In this document: positions 28,740-37,887 of the stretch, one piece after another | How the letters are laid out: every line of letters begins with the position of its first letter | How positions within the stretch are numbered: the stretch's first letter is position 1 | NCBI GenBank assembly: GCA_035269575.1 | Contig: DATFIZ010000068.1 | Coordinates: forward strand, 5,064 to 69,063 | DNA: 64,000 nucleotides | Source: Bacteroidales bacterium | GTDB lineage: Bacteria > Bacteroidota > Bacteroidia > Bacteroidales > UBA12077 | Direction: 5' to 3' | Position numbers and translations under genes: made by a program | The notes under the pieces: generated by a model | Databases searched by the model: none | The model's input: only the letters and a program-made list of their open reading frames with translations | Told to the model about the DNA's origin: nothing

Positions 28740-31064
28740 ATGAAATCTATTTTTATTTGTTTTACCCTTATCCTTTTTTTTATTGTTGATCTTATTGCAA
28801 ATGAATATACCATTAGCGGACATATAACGGATAAATCGGGCGAAGAATTAATTGGTGCGACAGTGTATGTTAAGAGTCTTAAAACAGGAACTGTTACGAA
28901 TATATATGGTTTTTACTCATTAACAATTCCTGAAAATAATTATCAAATCATTTATTCCTATGTAGGTTATGAAACACAGATAAAAAATGTGGCACTTAAC
29001 CAAAATAAAAGAATAAATATCGTACTTAAAGAGAAAGCGGAAACGCTTGACGAAGTAGTAATAACTGCCGAAAGCAAAGATGTCAACGTTGCCAAAGCTG
29101 AAATGAGTACCATGAAAATACAGGCCAAAGAAATTAAGAAAATACCCGCCTTTATGGGCGAAATTGACGTAATAAAGGCCATCCAGCTAATGCCCGGAGT
29201 TCAATCGGCTAGTGAAGGTTCGTCCGGACTAAATGTCCGAGGCGGTAGTGCCGATCAAAACCTTATTCTTCTTGACGAGGCTACCGTTTATAATGCTTCC
29301 CATCTGATGGGTTTTTTCTCTGTATTTAACAATGATGCCATTAAAGACGTTAAGCTCTATAAAGGGGATATCCCGGCAGCTTACGGTGGGCGGTTATCCT
29401 CGTTACTTGATATAAGGATGAAAGATGGGAACAACAAAGAATTTCACGCCAATGGAGGGATAGGAACGGTTTCAAGCCGGCTCACCATCGAAGGTCCTAT
29501 GGTAAAAGATAAAGGGGCATTCATTATCTCCGGGCGTCGTTCATATGCCGATTTGCTGCTCATGTTTTCGAGTGATGAAAATGTACGAAAGAATCAACTC
29601 TATTTTTATGATTTAAACCTCAAAGGAAATTATAAAATCAACGAAAAAAACCGCATTTATCTCTCCTGGTATCTGGGTAGAGATGTTTTTGACTATGATG
29701 ATTTATACGGATTTAGTTGGGGAAATAAAACATTTACATTACGCTGGAATCATCTTTTTTCTGAAAAATTATTTTCAAACTTTTCGGTTATTTTAAGCGA
29801 TTACGATTATGAGCTGGGGCAGTCATCCGAAGAACAAGGTCTTAAGTGGACTTCAAATTTAGAAGATATAAAATTAAAAGCTGACTTTAGTTATTATCCA
29901 AATACCCAAAATACAATCCGCTATGGAGTTGCTGGGACAATACACCATTTTAATCCCGGCTTAGTAAAAGGTGTAGGTAATCAAACCATGTACAACGAGC
30001 TTAAAATGCCCGAATCTAACGCGTTAGAATGGGCCGTATATTTATCTAATAAATGGCAGCCTAACGAAAAACTTACGGTAAATATTGGATTGAGAGGAAC
30101 AGTTTTTCAAAACATGGGAGAATCAACGGTATATAATTTTAATGAAGATTATCAGAAAACAGACTCAACGGTTTATAGCAGTGGAGAAATATACAATACA
30201 TTCTGGGGCCTCGAACCCCGGTTAAATTTTAAATATTCATTAAATAACCAATCATCAATAAAAGGAAGCTACTCAAGAACAAAACAATTTATCCACCTGG
30301 CATCCAATTCAACAGCAGGTTCTCCCCTGGATATTTGGATGCCTTCCAGTCCAAATATCAATCCACAAATAGCCGACCAGTTTGCTTTGGGATATTTTAG
30401 AAATTTTCATGAAAATACATTGGAAACATCTATCGAAGCCTACTATAAAGATATGGATCATCAAATAGATTTTAGAGATCATGCTGAACTCCTGTTAAAT
30501 CCTGAAATTGAAGGCGAATTTAGAACAGGATATGCCTGGTCTTACGGATTAGAATTTTTAATCCGTAAACAAACAGGGAAGTTTACAGGTTGGATAAGTT
30601 ATACTTTATCAAAAGCAGAACGAAAAATTCCTGCAATAAACCAGGGGAAAGTTTATCCGGCAAGTTACGACAAACCCCATAATATAGCTATTATAGCAAG
30701 TTACGATTTTTCTCAAAGACTCAATGCTGCGGCCAATTGGGTTTATTCTACAGGTTCTCCTGTTACTTTCCCTGTTGGCAGGTATGAGTATGGCAATATG
30801 ATTGTTCCTATCTATTCTGACAGGAACAAATACAGGCTTCCCGATTATCACCGGTTGGACTTATCAGTAACTTATAAGTTTGGTGTAGATAAAACCCGTG
30901 GATTACGAAGCGAATTAAATCTATCTGTTTACAATGTTTACAATCGTAAGAATACATGGATGATAACTTTCTCCCAGGATGATAAAGACCCCAATGTTAC
31001 GAATGCCGAGAAGATATATCTTTTTCCAATATTGCCTTCGGTAACTTATAATTTTTATTTTTAA
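28740..31064 (+). CDS. TonB-dependent receptor with N-terminal carboxypeptidase-regulatory-like domain
   Basis: 774 aa. ISGHITDKSGEELIGATVYV (CarbopepD_reg), plug motifs (RGGSADQNLILLDEATVYN), and a C-terminal barrel ending in an aromatic residue. Confidence 0.88.
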   Translation: MKSIFICFTLILFFIVDLIANEYTISGHITDKSGEELIGATVYVKSLKTGTVTNIYGFYSLTIPENNYQIIYSYVGYETQIKNVALNQNKRINIVLKEKAETLDEVVITAESKDVNVAKAEMSTMKIQAKEIKKIPAFMGEIDVIKAIQLMPGVQSASEGSSGLNVRGGSADQNLILLDEATVYNASHLMGFFSVFNNDAIKDVKLYKGDIPAAYGGRLSSLLDIRMKDGNNKEFHANGGIGTVSSRLTIEGPMVKDKGAFIISGRRSYADLLLMFSSDENVRKNQLYFYDLNLKGNYKINEKNRIYLSWYLGRDVFDYDDLYGFSWGNKTFTLRWNHLFSEKLFSNFSVILSDYDYELGQSSEEQGLKWTSNLEDIKLKADFSYYPNTQNTIRYGVAGTIHHFNPGLVKGVGNQTMYNELKMPESNALEWAVYLSNKWQPNEKLTVNIGLRGTVFQNMGESTVYNFNEDYQKTDSTVYSSGEIYNTFWGLEPRLNFKYSLNNQSSIKGSYSRTKQFIHLASNSTAGSPLDIWMPSSPNINPQIADQFALGYFRNFHENTLETSIEAYYKDMDHQIDFRDHAELLLNPEIEGEFRTGYAWSYGLEFLIRKQTGKFTGWISYTLSKAERKIPAINQGKVYPASYDKPHNIAIIASYDFSQRLNAAANWVYSTGSPVTFPVGRYEYGNMIVPIYSDRNKYRLPDYHRLDLSVTYKFGVDKTRGLRSELNLSVYNVYNRKNTWMITFSQDDKDPNVTNAEKIYLFPILPSVTYNFYF

Positions 31065-31081
31065 TGTTAAACCGGACTACC

Positions 31082-31900
31082 ATGAAACGAACAGCTTATT
31101 TATTAGTATCTATTATTTCGATTAGCATATTCTCCTGTACAGAAAAGATTGATATTGAGCTGGACAGCACTTATGAAAGAGTAGTTATTGAAGGATATTT
31201 AACCAATGAACATAAAGCACATCAGGTAAAAATCTCAAAAAGTGCCGATTATTTCGCAAACAAACCGGCAGAACCGGTTACCGATGCCGAAGTATCGATT
31301 ACTGACGGGAGCTTAGTTTTTAATTTAACAGAGATTGAAGAGGGAATTTATGAAACAGAAGAGATGAAAGGAACACCTGGAAAGATCTATACTTTGGATA
31401 TTAATATCAACGGGGAACATTATACTGCATCAGATGATATGCATACATGCCCTCCTATTGATTCTTTAAAATTTAAACGATCAAAAACAGATTCTAATTA
31501 TCTTGCTATTTTAATTTATGCACAAGAACCCGGAGATGAAGTTAATCATTATGCATGGCTGACCTATAAAAATGACACCCTGGTTACTGACACATTACAT
31601 GAAGTTACCTCTTCTGATGATTTACTTATAAATGGGAGTTATATTAACGGTGTTGACGTTCAGTATATAGAGGCGGAACCGGAAGATTTAATCACATTAG
31701 AAATGCTCTCAATTACCAAAGGATATTACGACTATATGTTAAAAGTGAAGCTTGAAACAACTTGGAATGGCGGTCCTTTTAACGGCCCTCCGGCAAATTT
31801 TTACGGTAATATTACCAATGAAGCATTGGGTTATTTTGCCGTTTATGCTGTTGAACGAAAAACCGCAATAGTTAATGAGCCTTCTCAAAAACTACATTAA
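31082..31900 (+). CDS. DUF4249-like lipoprotein (usual partner of this TBDR class)
   Basis: Lipobox SIFSC. It lies immediately downstream of, and overlapping, the TBDR stop. The start was moved to ATG 31082 (MKRTAYLL). Confidence 0.7.
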   Translation: MKRTAYLLVSIISISIFSCTEKIDIELDSTYERVVIEGYLTNEHKAHQVKISKSADYFANKPAEPVTDAEVSITDGSLVFNLTEIEEGIYETEEMKGTPGKIYTLDININGEHYTASDDMHTCPPIDSLKFKRSKTDSNYLAILIYAQEPGDEVNHYAWLTYKNDTLVTDTLHEVTSSDDLLINGSYINGVDVQYIEAEPEDLITLEMLSITKGYYDYMLKVKLETTWNGGPFNGPPANFYGNITNEALGYFAVYAVERKTAIVNEPSQKLH

Positions 31901-31935
31901 AAAAACCGGGACTTGATGCCCGGTTTTATTTTTAC
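31899..31935. terminator. Bidirectional rho-independent terminator between convergent DUF4249 and dsbD-like genes
   Basis: Stem AACCGGG (31904-31910) / CCCGGTT (31919-31925) with an 8-nt loop. It is flanked by an A-run upstream and TTATTTTT downstream. Confidence 0.7.
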
Positions 31936-33968
31936 TCAGATTTTTTTTCAAATTCTTTCTTTCCGGCATCCAAAAATTCAACAAACCGGTTTACGTTTAA
32001 GTCAAAACCTTTGGGTTCTGTTAAGTTATTTCCTTCGTGATCAACCAAAACATAATAGGGTTGGCTGTTAATATTGTATTTTGAGATTTGAAAATCGGCA
32101 TATTTTTTACCGATTGTTTTCTTCACTTTTCCGTCATAGTCAGAAGTAACCCACTCATCCTCAGGCAACTTTGTTCTATCATCTACATATAAAGCAATAA
32201 TTACATAATCGTCTCTTAATCGTTTTAATACTTCCGGATCAGACCATACTTTATTTTCCATCTCTTTGCAGTTGGAACATGCATGGCCTTTAAAATCCAG
32301 CAGTACGGGTTTATTTAAATTCCTTGCACATTCCATCCCCTGTTCATAATCAAAATACCCTTGTAATCCATGAGGTAAATGTAAAATATCACTGTATCTG
32401 GGTGTTTCGCACAATGTTGCCCCTTCAGAATTATCGCTTACAGCCACTCCTGCAGGCATTTTATTCTCAGTAATATCAAATTGCTGAGCTGATTTGGGAG
32501 GCAATAAGGATGAAACAGCGTTTAAATCAGCTCCAAACATTCCCGGCAGTAAATAAAGAGCAAAAGTAAATGAAATAATTGCCAATATTAATCGGGGAAC
32601 AGTAACAAAGGGGGTCTCACTATCGTGTGAAAATTTTAGTTTTCCCAATAAATAGATACCCAGTAAAACAAACAGGACAACCCAAATAGCCAGATATACA
32701 TCGCGGCTAAGTAAATTTAAATGGTATGACTGGTCAATGTTAGCTATAAATTTAAACGAGAATGCTAAAATAATAAACCCAAGCACTACTTTAACGGTAT
32801 TCATCCAACCGCCTGACTTAGGTAATCCTTTCAACATTCTTGGGAATATGGCGAATAAAGTAAATGGTAAGGCAAAAGCCAAACCAAAACCAAACATTCC
32901 GATAAGAGGCTCCATAATATCGCCTGCAGCAGCTTTTACAAGTAATGCACCAACGATGGGCCCTGTACAACTAAATGAAACAATGACTAAAGTAAAAGCC
33001 ATAAAAAAAGAAGCCAGAAATCCGCCTTTATCAACCTGTCGGTCGGCTTTATTAGCCAGCCCTGTAGGTAAAACAATTTCGAACATCCCGAAAAACGAAG
33101 CGGCAAAAGCTATAAACAATGTAAAGAAAATAGTATTAGGGATCCAATGAGAGCTCAATGTTGTTGTAAAATCAGCACCTGCACTGGTAAGCGAAACAAT
33201 TAAACCTACACTGGTATATAATAAAACAATAGATATTCCAAAAATCAATGCTTTAACAATAGAATTAAATTTGGATGATTGTCCCTGCATAAAAAACGAA
33301 ACGGTCATAGGAATCATCGGAAAAACACATGGTGTAAGTACTCCTGCCAAACCTAAAACAAATGCAAGAAAGAAAATCCCCCACATTGAACTACTACTTT
33401 CGGATGTTCTGGCCTGATTTCTACTATTTTCAGATTCGCTTTTTTCTTCCAGATCGACTTGTGGAGATAGAGCTTCTTCAGATTTTACCGTGGTTTCTTC
33501 AGCCCCAGATTTAACTCCTTTAACATTTATGGCAAAATCGGGATTAAAGTAAACACATTTATCATCCTGACATACCTGATACTCTATAGAACCGGTAATT
33601 GTAAAATCTTTTTCGGAAAGAACTTTTATTTTCTGTGTAAAGGTAGCAGCATTGCTAAAATACTTAACCTTCATATTAAAGATCTCATCCATCACCTCCT
33701 CAGGTTCAGGGCTTTCAGAGGCTTGTCCAATGATTTCGAATTTATCACTTTCATCATAATAAAATGTGGTTCGAACGGGTCCTCCTTCACCAAAATATTG
33801 AGAATATAAATGCCAGTTCATATCGATTTTTGCATCGAAAATTAACGCTGTAGTATCACCACTGACATTTTTACTTTTGTAATTCCATTTTACAGGATCA
33901 ACAAGTTGAGCAAAAACAGTTGTTGAAATAATAATAAAAACACTTACCAATAAAGCTATTCGTTTCAT
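31932..33968 (-). CDS. Protein-disulfide reductase DsbD family (N-terminal DsbD-alpha-like, CcdA-type membrane core, C-terminal thioredoxin)
   Basis: Membrane Cys motifs TPCVFPMIP and FSCTGPIVG. C-terminal thioredoxin CxxC is GHACSNCKEME. The start was moved to ATG 33968 (MKRIALLV signal peptide). Confidence 0.85.
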   Translation of the reverse strand: MKRIALLVSVFIIISTTVFAQLVDPVKWNYKSKNVSGDTTALIFDAKIDMNWHLYSQYFGEGGPVRTTFYYDESDKFEIIGQASESPEPEEVMDEIFNMKVKYFSNAATFTQKIKVLSEKDFTITGSIEYQVCQDDKCVYFNPDFAINVKGVKSGAEETTVKSEEALSPQVDLEEKSESENSRNQARTSESSSSMWGIFFLAFVLGLAGVLTPCVFPMIPMTVSFFMQGQSSKFNSIVKALIFGISIVLLYTSVGLIVSLTSAGADFTTTLSSHWIPNTIFFTLFIAFAASFFGMFEIVLPTGLANKADRQVDKGGFLASFFMAFTLVIVSFSCTGPIVGALLVKAAAGDIMEPLIGMFGFGLAFALPFTLFAIFPRMLKGLPKSGGWMNTVKVVLGFIILAFSFKFIANIDQSYHLNLLSRDVYLAIWVVLFVLLGIYLLGKLKFSHDSETPFVTVPRLILAIISFTFALYLLPGMFGADLNAVSSLLPPKSAQQFDITENKMPAGVAVSDNSEGATLCETPRYSDILHLPHGLQGYFDYEQGMECARNLNKPVLLDFKGHACSNCKEMENKVWSDPEVLKRLRDDYVIIALYVDDRTKLPEDEWVTSDYDGKVKKTIGKKYADFQISKYNINSQPYYVLVDHEGNNLTEPKGFDLNVNRFVEFLDAGKKEFEKKSE

Positions 33969-34107
33969 AAAAGATGATTTAATTTTTAACGTTGCAAATT
34001 TAATCATTAAGAATTAAATATAAAATTTAATAGAACTTTTGATATGTGAATACCTACATATAAAAAGTTAAAAAGAATAACAATGTTAGTGGATTAAAGT
34101 TTAAAGG

Positions 34108-35658
34108 TTAATCTTTAATAATTTCACCATTTTTATCGAAAAAATGAAATTCAAAGAAGTGGTAAGATGAGTTGGCCTGAACTCTGATTCGTTTTTTAAA
34201 CTTAAAAAACCATTTTAACTGAGTGGATATTAATCCATTCTTAATATATCCATAAATATAGGGATGAACTTTAAGGGTAAGTTTTTTATAATTGGCTTCG
34301 TTAATTAAGAAACTTAAATGATTTTCAATATCATCAACAAACAAAATGCTTGGAGAAATTTCTCCACTCCCTTTACATGTAGGGCATTTTTCCATTGTTT
34401 GAATATTCAACTCGGGACGGACTCGTTGCCGGGTGATTTGCATTAATCCGAATTTACTAAGGGGAAGGATATTGTGTTTTGTTCGATCATCCGCCATAGC
34501 ATCCTTCATTTTATCAAATACTTTCTGCTTATTTTCAGCATTGTGCATATCGATAAAATCAACGACAATAATTCCTCCCATATCGCGCAACCGGAGCTGA
34601 CGTGCAATTTCATCAGCAGCAGCCAGATTAACTTCAAGAGCATTTGATTCCTGGTCTTCGCCTAATTTCGATCGATTTCCGCTGTTAACATCAATTACGT
34701 GAAGAGCTTCAGTATGCTCGATAATTAAATAGGCTCCATTTTTAAACGAAACAGTTTTTCCAAATAATGCCTTTATTTGTTTATCAACCCCATATTGATC
34801 AAAAATTGGAGAATTCCCGTCGAAATGTTTTACAATTTTTTCTTTTTCGGGTGCTATGGTATTGATATAATCCTTAAGCTCCCTGTAAACAGTATCTTCA
34901 TTAACATAAATATGATTAAACGAACCATTAAGGACATCTCTTAACATGGCAGATGTACGATTAAGCTCGCTAATCACCAGTTTAGGAACATTTCCGGGAG
35001 ATAATTTATCAAAAGCTAACTCCCATTTTCTAACCAGACTTTTCAATTCGGCATCTAAAAGAGCAACTTTTTTACCCTCTGCAACGGTACGTACAATAAC
35101 ACCGTAATTTTTGGGTTTAATACTTTCAAGAAGTTTTTTAAGTCTTTTTTTCTCGTCGGGGGATGTGATTTTTTGAGATACGGAGACTTTATCCGAGAAA
35201 GGAATTAGTACTAAATTACGTCCTGCAATTGAAATTTCTGAACTTAACCGGGGTCCTTTTGTTGATATAGGTTCTTTAGCAATTTGCACCAATACTAATT
35301 GACCTGCTTTTAATACATCGGAAATCTTTCCGTTTTTATCAATATCTTTTTCAATCCTGATTTTAGGAAGAGAAGGTGCTCTGCCTTTCTTGGCAAGCGA
35401 ACTTTTTACAAATTTTTGTAAGGTTTGAAATTGGGGTCCTAAATCAAGATAATGTAGAAAAGCATCTTTATCATATCCTACATCAACAAAAGCAGCGTTG
35501 AGTCCGGGCATTATACGCTTTACTTTGGCCAAATAAATATCGCCAACAGCAAATTGTAAATTTCTTTTTTCTTTGTTTAGCTCAACAAGCTGTTTGTTTT
35601 CTAATAAGGCTGTTGCAATCTCAGAGGGTGTAACATCAATTACCAGTTCAGTACTCAC
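34108..35658 (-). CDS. rng: Ribonuclease E/G family (RNase G-like)
   Basis: 516 aa. S1 domain (GDIYLAKVKRIMPGLNAAFVDVG), DNase-I-like motif IDVNSG, DFIDM, and the Zn-link CPTCKG. Confidence 0.9.
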   Translation of the reverse strand: MSTELVIDVTPSEIATALLENKQLVELNKEKRNLQFAVGDIYLAKVKRIMPGLNAAFVDVGYDKDAFLHYLDLGPQFQTLQKFVKSSLAKKGRAPSLPKIRIEKDIDKNGKISDVLKAGQLVLVQIAKEPISTKGPRLSSEISIAGRNLVLIPFSDKVSVSQKITSPDEKKRLKKLLESIKPKNYGVIVRTVAEGKKVALLDAELKSLVRKWELAFDKLSPGNVPKLVISELNRTSAMLRDVLNGSFNHIYVNEDTVYRELKDYINTIAPEKEKIVKHFDGNSPIFDQYGVDKQIKALFGKTVSFKNGAYLIIEHTEALHVIDVNSGNRSKLGEDQESNALEVNLAAADEIARQLRLRDMGGIIVVDFIDMHNAENKQKVFDKMKDAMADDRTKHNILPLSKFGLMQITRQRVRPELNIQTMEKCPTCKGSGEISPSILFVDDIENHLSFLINEANYKKLTLKVHPYIYGYIKNGLISTQLKWFFKFKKRIRVQANSSYHFFEFHFFDKNGEIIKD

Positions 35659-35767
35659 GGTTCCTTCTCCAGATTAATTCAGTTAATTTGTTATATAAAA
35701 CAATTCAAACCTAAAGAAGCAAATACTTCAATAGGTTTAAATTTAGTTTTATGGATAGTAAATTATC

Positions 35768-35860
35768 CTATTTTCTTTTCTTATGACGATTTTTTCTTAA
35801 GCGCTTTTTTCGCTTATGTGTAGCCATCTTATGTCTTTTTCTCTTCTTTCCGCTCGGCAT
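35768..35860 (-). CDS. 30-codon Arg/Lys-rich small ORF, probable ribosomal protein bS22 family
   Basis: My translation is ATG(35860)...TAG(35768): MPSGKKRKRHKMATHKRKKRLRKNRHKKRK. It is below the ORF-track cutoff. It resembles the approximately 30-aa basic bS22 peptides. It lies between hup and rng on the same strand. Confidence 0.6.
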   Translation of the reverse strand: MPSGKKRKRHKMATHKRKKRLRKNRHKKRK

Positions 35861-35890
35861 AATCTGTTATGATTTAAATTAAATACTAAA

Positions 35891-36178
35891 TTAACGTTTC
35901 ACATTATTTTTAACCTTATTTACAAATCTTTTAGAAGGTTTGAAAGAAGGAATAAAGTGTTCAGGAATAATAATCGTTGTGTTTTTAGAAATATTCCTGG
36001 CCGTTTTTTCTGCACGTTTCTTTACAATAAAGCTACCAAAACCTCTTAGGTATACATTCTTATCATTTACCAAAGAATCCTTTACAGTTTCCATGAAAGC
36101 TTCAACTGTTTTTTGTACAGTTATTTTCTCAATACCTGTGTTCTTTGAAATTTCGTTAACGATATCTGCTTTTGTCAT
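35891..36178 (-). CDS. hup: HU family DNA-binding protein
   Basis: 95 aa with MTKADIVNEISK, RGFGSF and R.ARNI..N. Confidence 0.9.
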   Translation of the reverse strand: MTKADIVNEISKNTGIEKITVQKTVEAFMETVKDSLVNDKNVYLRGFGSFIVKKRAEKTARNISKNTTIIIPEHFIPSFKPSKRFVNKVKNNVKR

Positions 36179-36249
36179 TTTTAAAAAACTTTAATTATCA
36201 ATATTTTAGAACATTTACTTATTTTGAACTGCAAATATAAATGATTTCT

Positions 36250-36282
36250 TTTGATTAATAAAATACAAAACGCTTAAATTTG
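36250..36282 (+). promoter_or_regulatory. Candidate Bacteroidota sigma-A promoter for mutY (-33 TTTG / -7 TAnnTTTG)
   Basis: TTTG at 36250-36253, a 21-nt spacer, and TAAATTTG at 36275-36282. The mutY ATG is 34 nt downstream. This is a motif match only. Confidence 0.4.
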
Positions 36283-36315
36283 TCAATTTGGTAAAAATTA
36301 TTTTATTCATTTACA

Positions 36316-37371
36316 ATGTTAAAGATAAGCAAAACCTTGCTAACATGGTACGAACAAAACAAAAGACCTCTTCCCTGGAGAGAAACTAATAATCCATATT
36401 CTATTTGGATCTCAGAAATTATTTTACAACAAACCAGAGTAAACCAGGGGATTAATTATTATTATAGATTTATTAAACATTTTCCAGATATATATGCCCT
36501 GGCAAATGCTCCTGTTGAAGAAGTACTAAAGATTTGGCAGGGGCTTGGTTATTATTCCAGGGCACGAAATATGCATTGTGCTGCCCATCAAATAATAAAC
36601 AACTTTGAGGGGAAGTTTCCTGCCCGTTTCCAGGATTTACTCAAATTAAAAGGGGTTGGAGAATACACTGCTGCAGCCATTGCTTCTATAGCTTTCCATA
36701 TTCCTGAACCGGCACTGGATGGAAATGTATATCGTGTATTATCAAGATTATTTGGAATTGCAGAATCACCTCAAAAAGCAAAGGGCAAAAAAATATTTAA
36801 ACAAAAGGCTTTTGCGTTGATTCAGAATCAACCACCGGGCATTTTTAACCAGGCATTAATGGAGTTTGGAGCATTACAATGTATGCCTAAAAATCCCGAC
36901 TGCCATCAATGTGTGCTGCAAAATTATTGTTTTGCTTTTCAAAATAAGCTGGTAACAGAACTCCCTGTAAAAAAAACAAAAATAAATCAGCGCTTACGCT
37001 ATATCAATTTTCTATATATTCAATATCAAAACAAAATTTTTATTGAACAACGAAAAAAGAATGACATCTGGAAATTACTTTATCAGCTACCTTTGATAGA
37101 AACAAAACAACCCGCCTCCATTGAAAATATAACCAACCAAACATTATGGAAGAAGGTATTTAAAGGAACAAAAGTTAACATACAGAACATTTCAGGAGAA
37201 AAAATTCACCATTTATCACATCAGAAGCTACTGACCAGGTTCTATCATATAAAAATCAATCATCCTAATTCGTACCTAATCAAAAATTATTTGCAAATTA
37301 ATTCCGAAAACATCGAAAAATATAGTGTTCCTAAACTAATTGAGAACTACCTGGATGAAATAAATAATTAA
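36316..37371 (+). CDS. mutY: A/G-specific adenine DNA glycosylase
   Basis: LPWR...PY.IW.SEI.LQQT, HhH-GPD (GVGEYTAAAI), 4Fe-4S cluster CMPKNPDCHQCVLQNYC, and a C-terminal NUDIX-like domain. Confidence 0.9.
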   Translation: MLKISKTLLTWYEQNKRPLPWRETNNPYSIWISEIILQQTRVNQGINYYYRFIKHFPDIYALANAPVEEVLKIWQGLGYYSRARNMHCAAHQIINNFEGKFPARFQDLLKLKGVGEYTAAAIASIAFHIPEPALDGNVYRVLSRLFGIAESPQKAKGKKIFKQKAFALIQNQPPGIFNQALMEFGALQCMPKNPDCHQCVLQNYCFAFQNKLVTELPVKKTKINQRLRYINFLYIQYQNKIFIEQRKKNDIWKLLYQLPLIETKQPASIENITNQTLWKKVFKGTKVNIQNISGEKIHHLSHQKLLTRFYHIKINHPNSYLIKNYLQINSENIEKYSVPKLIENYLDEINN

Positions 37372-37442
37372 ATTTTCAACACTTGGCATTAATTTTAAAT
37401 TTTGTAATTTTACATTTGTATAACCTAAAAACAAAATTTATT

Positions 37443-37862
37443 ATGGGCGTAAATAAAGTTATCTTAATTGGAAATGTTGGTAAAGACCCCGATGTAAGAC
37501 ATCTCGATAGCGGGGTTACTGTTGCAAGTTTTCCTCTTGCAACAAGTGAAACTTACCGAAACAAAGAGAATGAAAAAGTAACCAACACTGAATGGCATAA
37601 TATTGTCATTTGGCGAGGACTGGCAGAAGTTGTTGAGAAGTATGTCAAAAAAGGAGATCCGCTCTATCTGGAGGGAAAAATAAGAACCCGTTCGTATGAC
37701 GATAAAGACGGTAACAAAAAGTATATTACCGAGATTATGGTTGATAATATGCAAATGTTAGGTACAAAACAAAGTAATACCAATGATTCCCGTTCTGAAG
37801 AAAAACAGCCTGAAACCGATATTGAAACGGCCCCTCAGGAAGGAGATGATTTGCCATTTTAA
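37443..37862 (+). CDS. ssb: Single-stranded DNA-binding protein
   Basis: MGVNKVILIGNVGKDPDVR, TEWHNIV.W, and the acidic tail DDLPF. The start was moved to ATG 37443. Confidence 0.92.
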   Translation: MGVNKVILIGNVGKDPDVRHLDSGVTVASFPLATSETYRNKENEKVTNTEWHNIVIWRGLAEVVEKYVKKGDPLYLEGKIRTRSYDDKDGNKKYITEIMVDNMQMLGTKQSNTNDSRSEEKQPETDIETAPQEGDDLPF

Positions 37863-37887
37863 ATAATAAAAAAATAAAAATAAAACC

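Noticed and set aside
34030-34060. Weak 6-bp hairpin ATATGT-N8-ACATAT downstream of rng as a terminator
   Set aside because: The stem is short and AT-only, and no T-run follows it on the transcribed (minus) strand.
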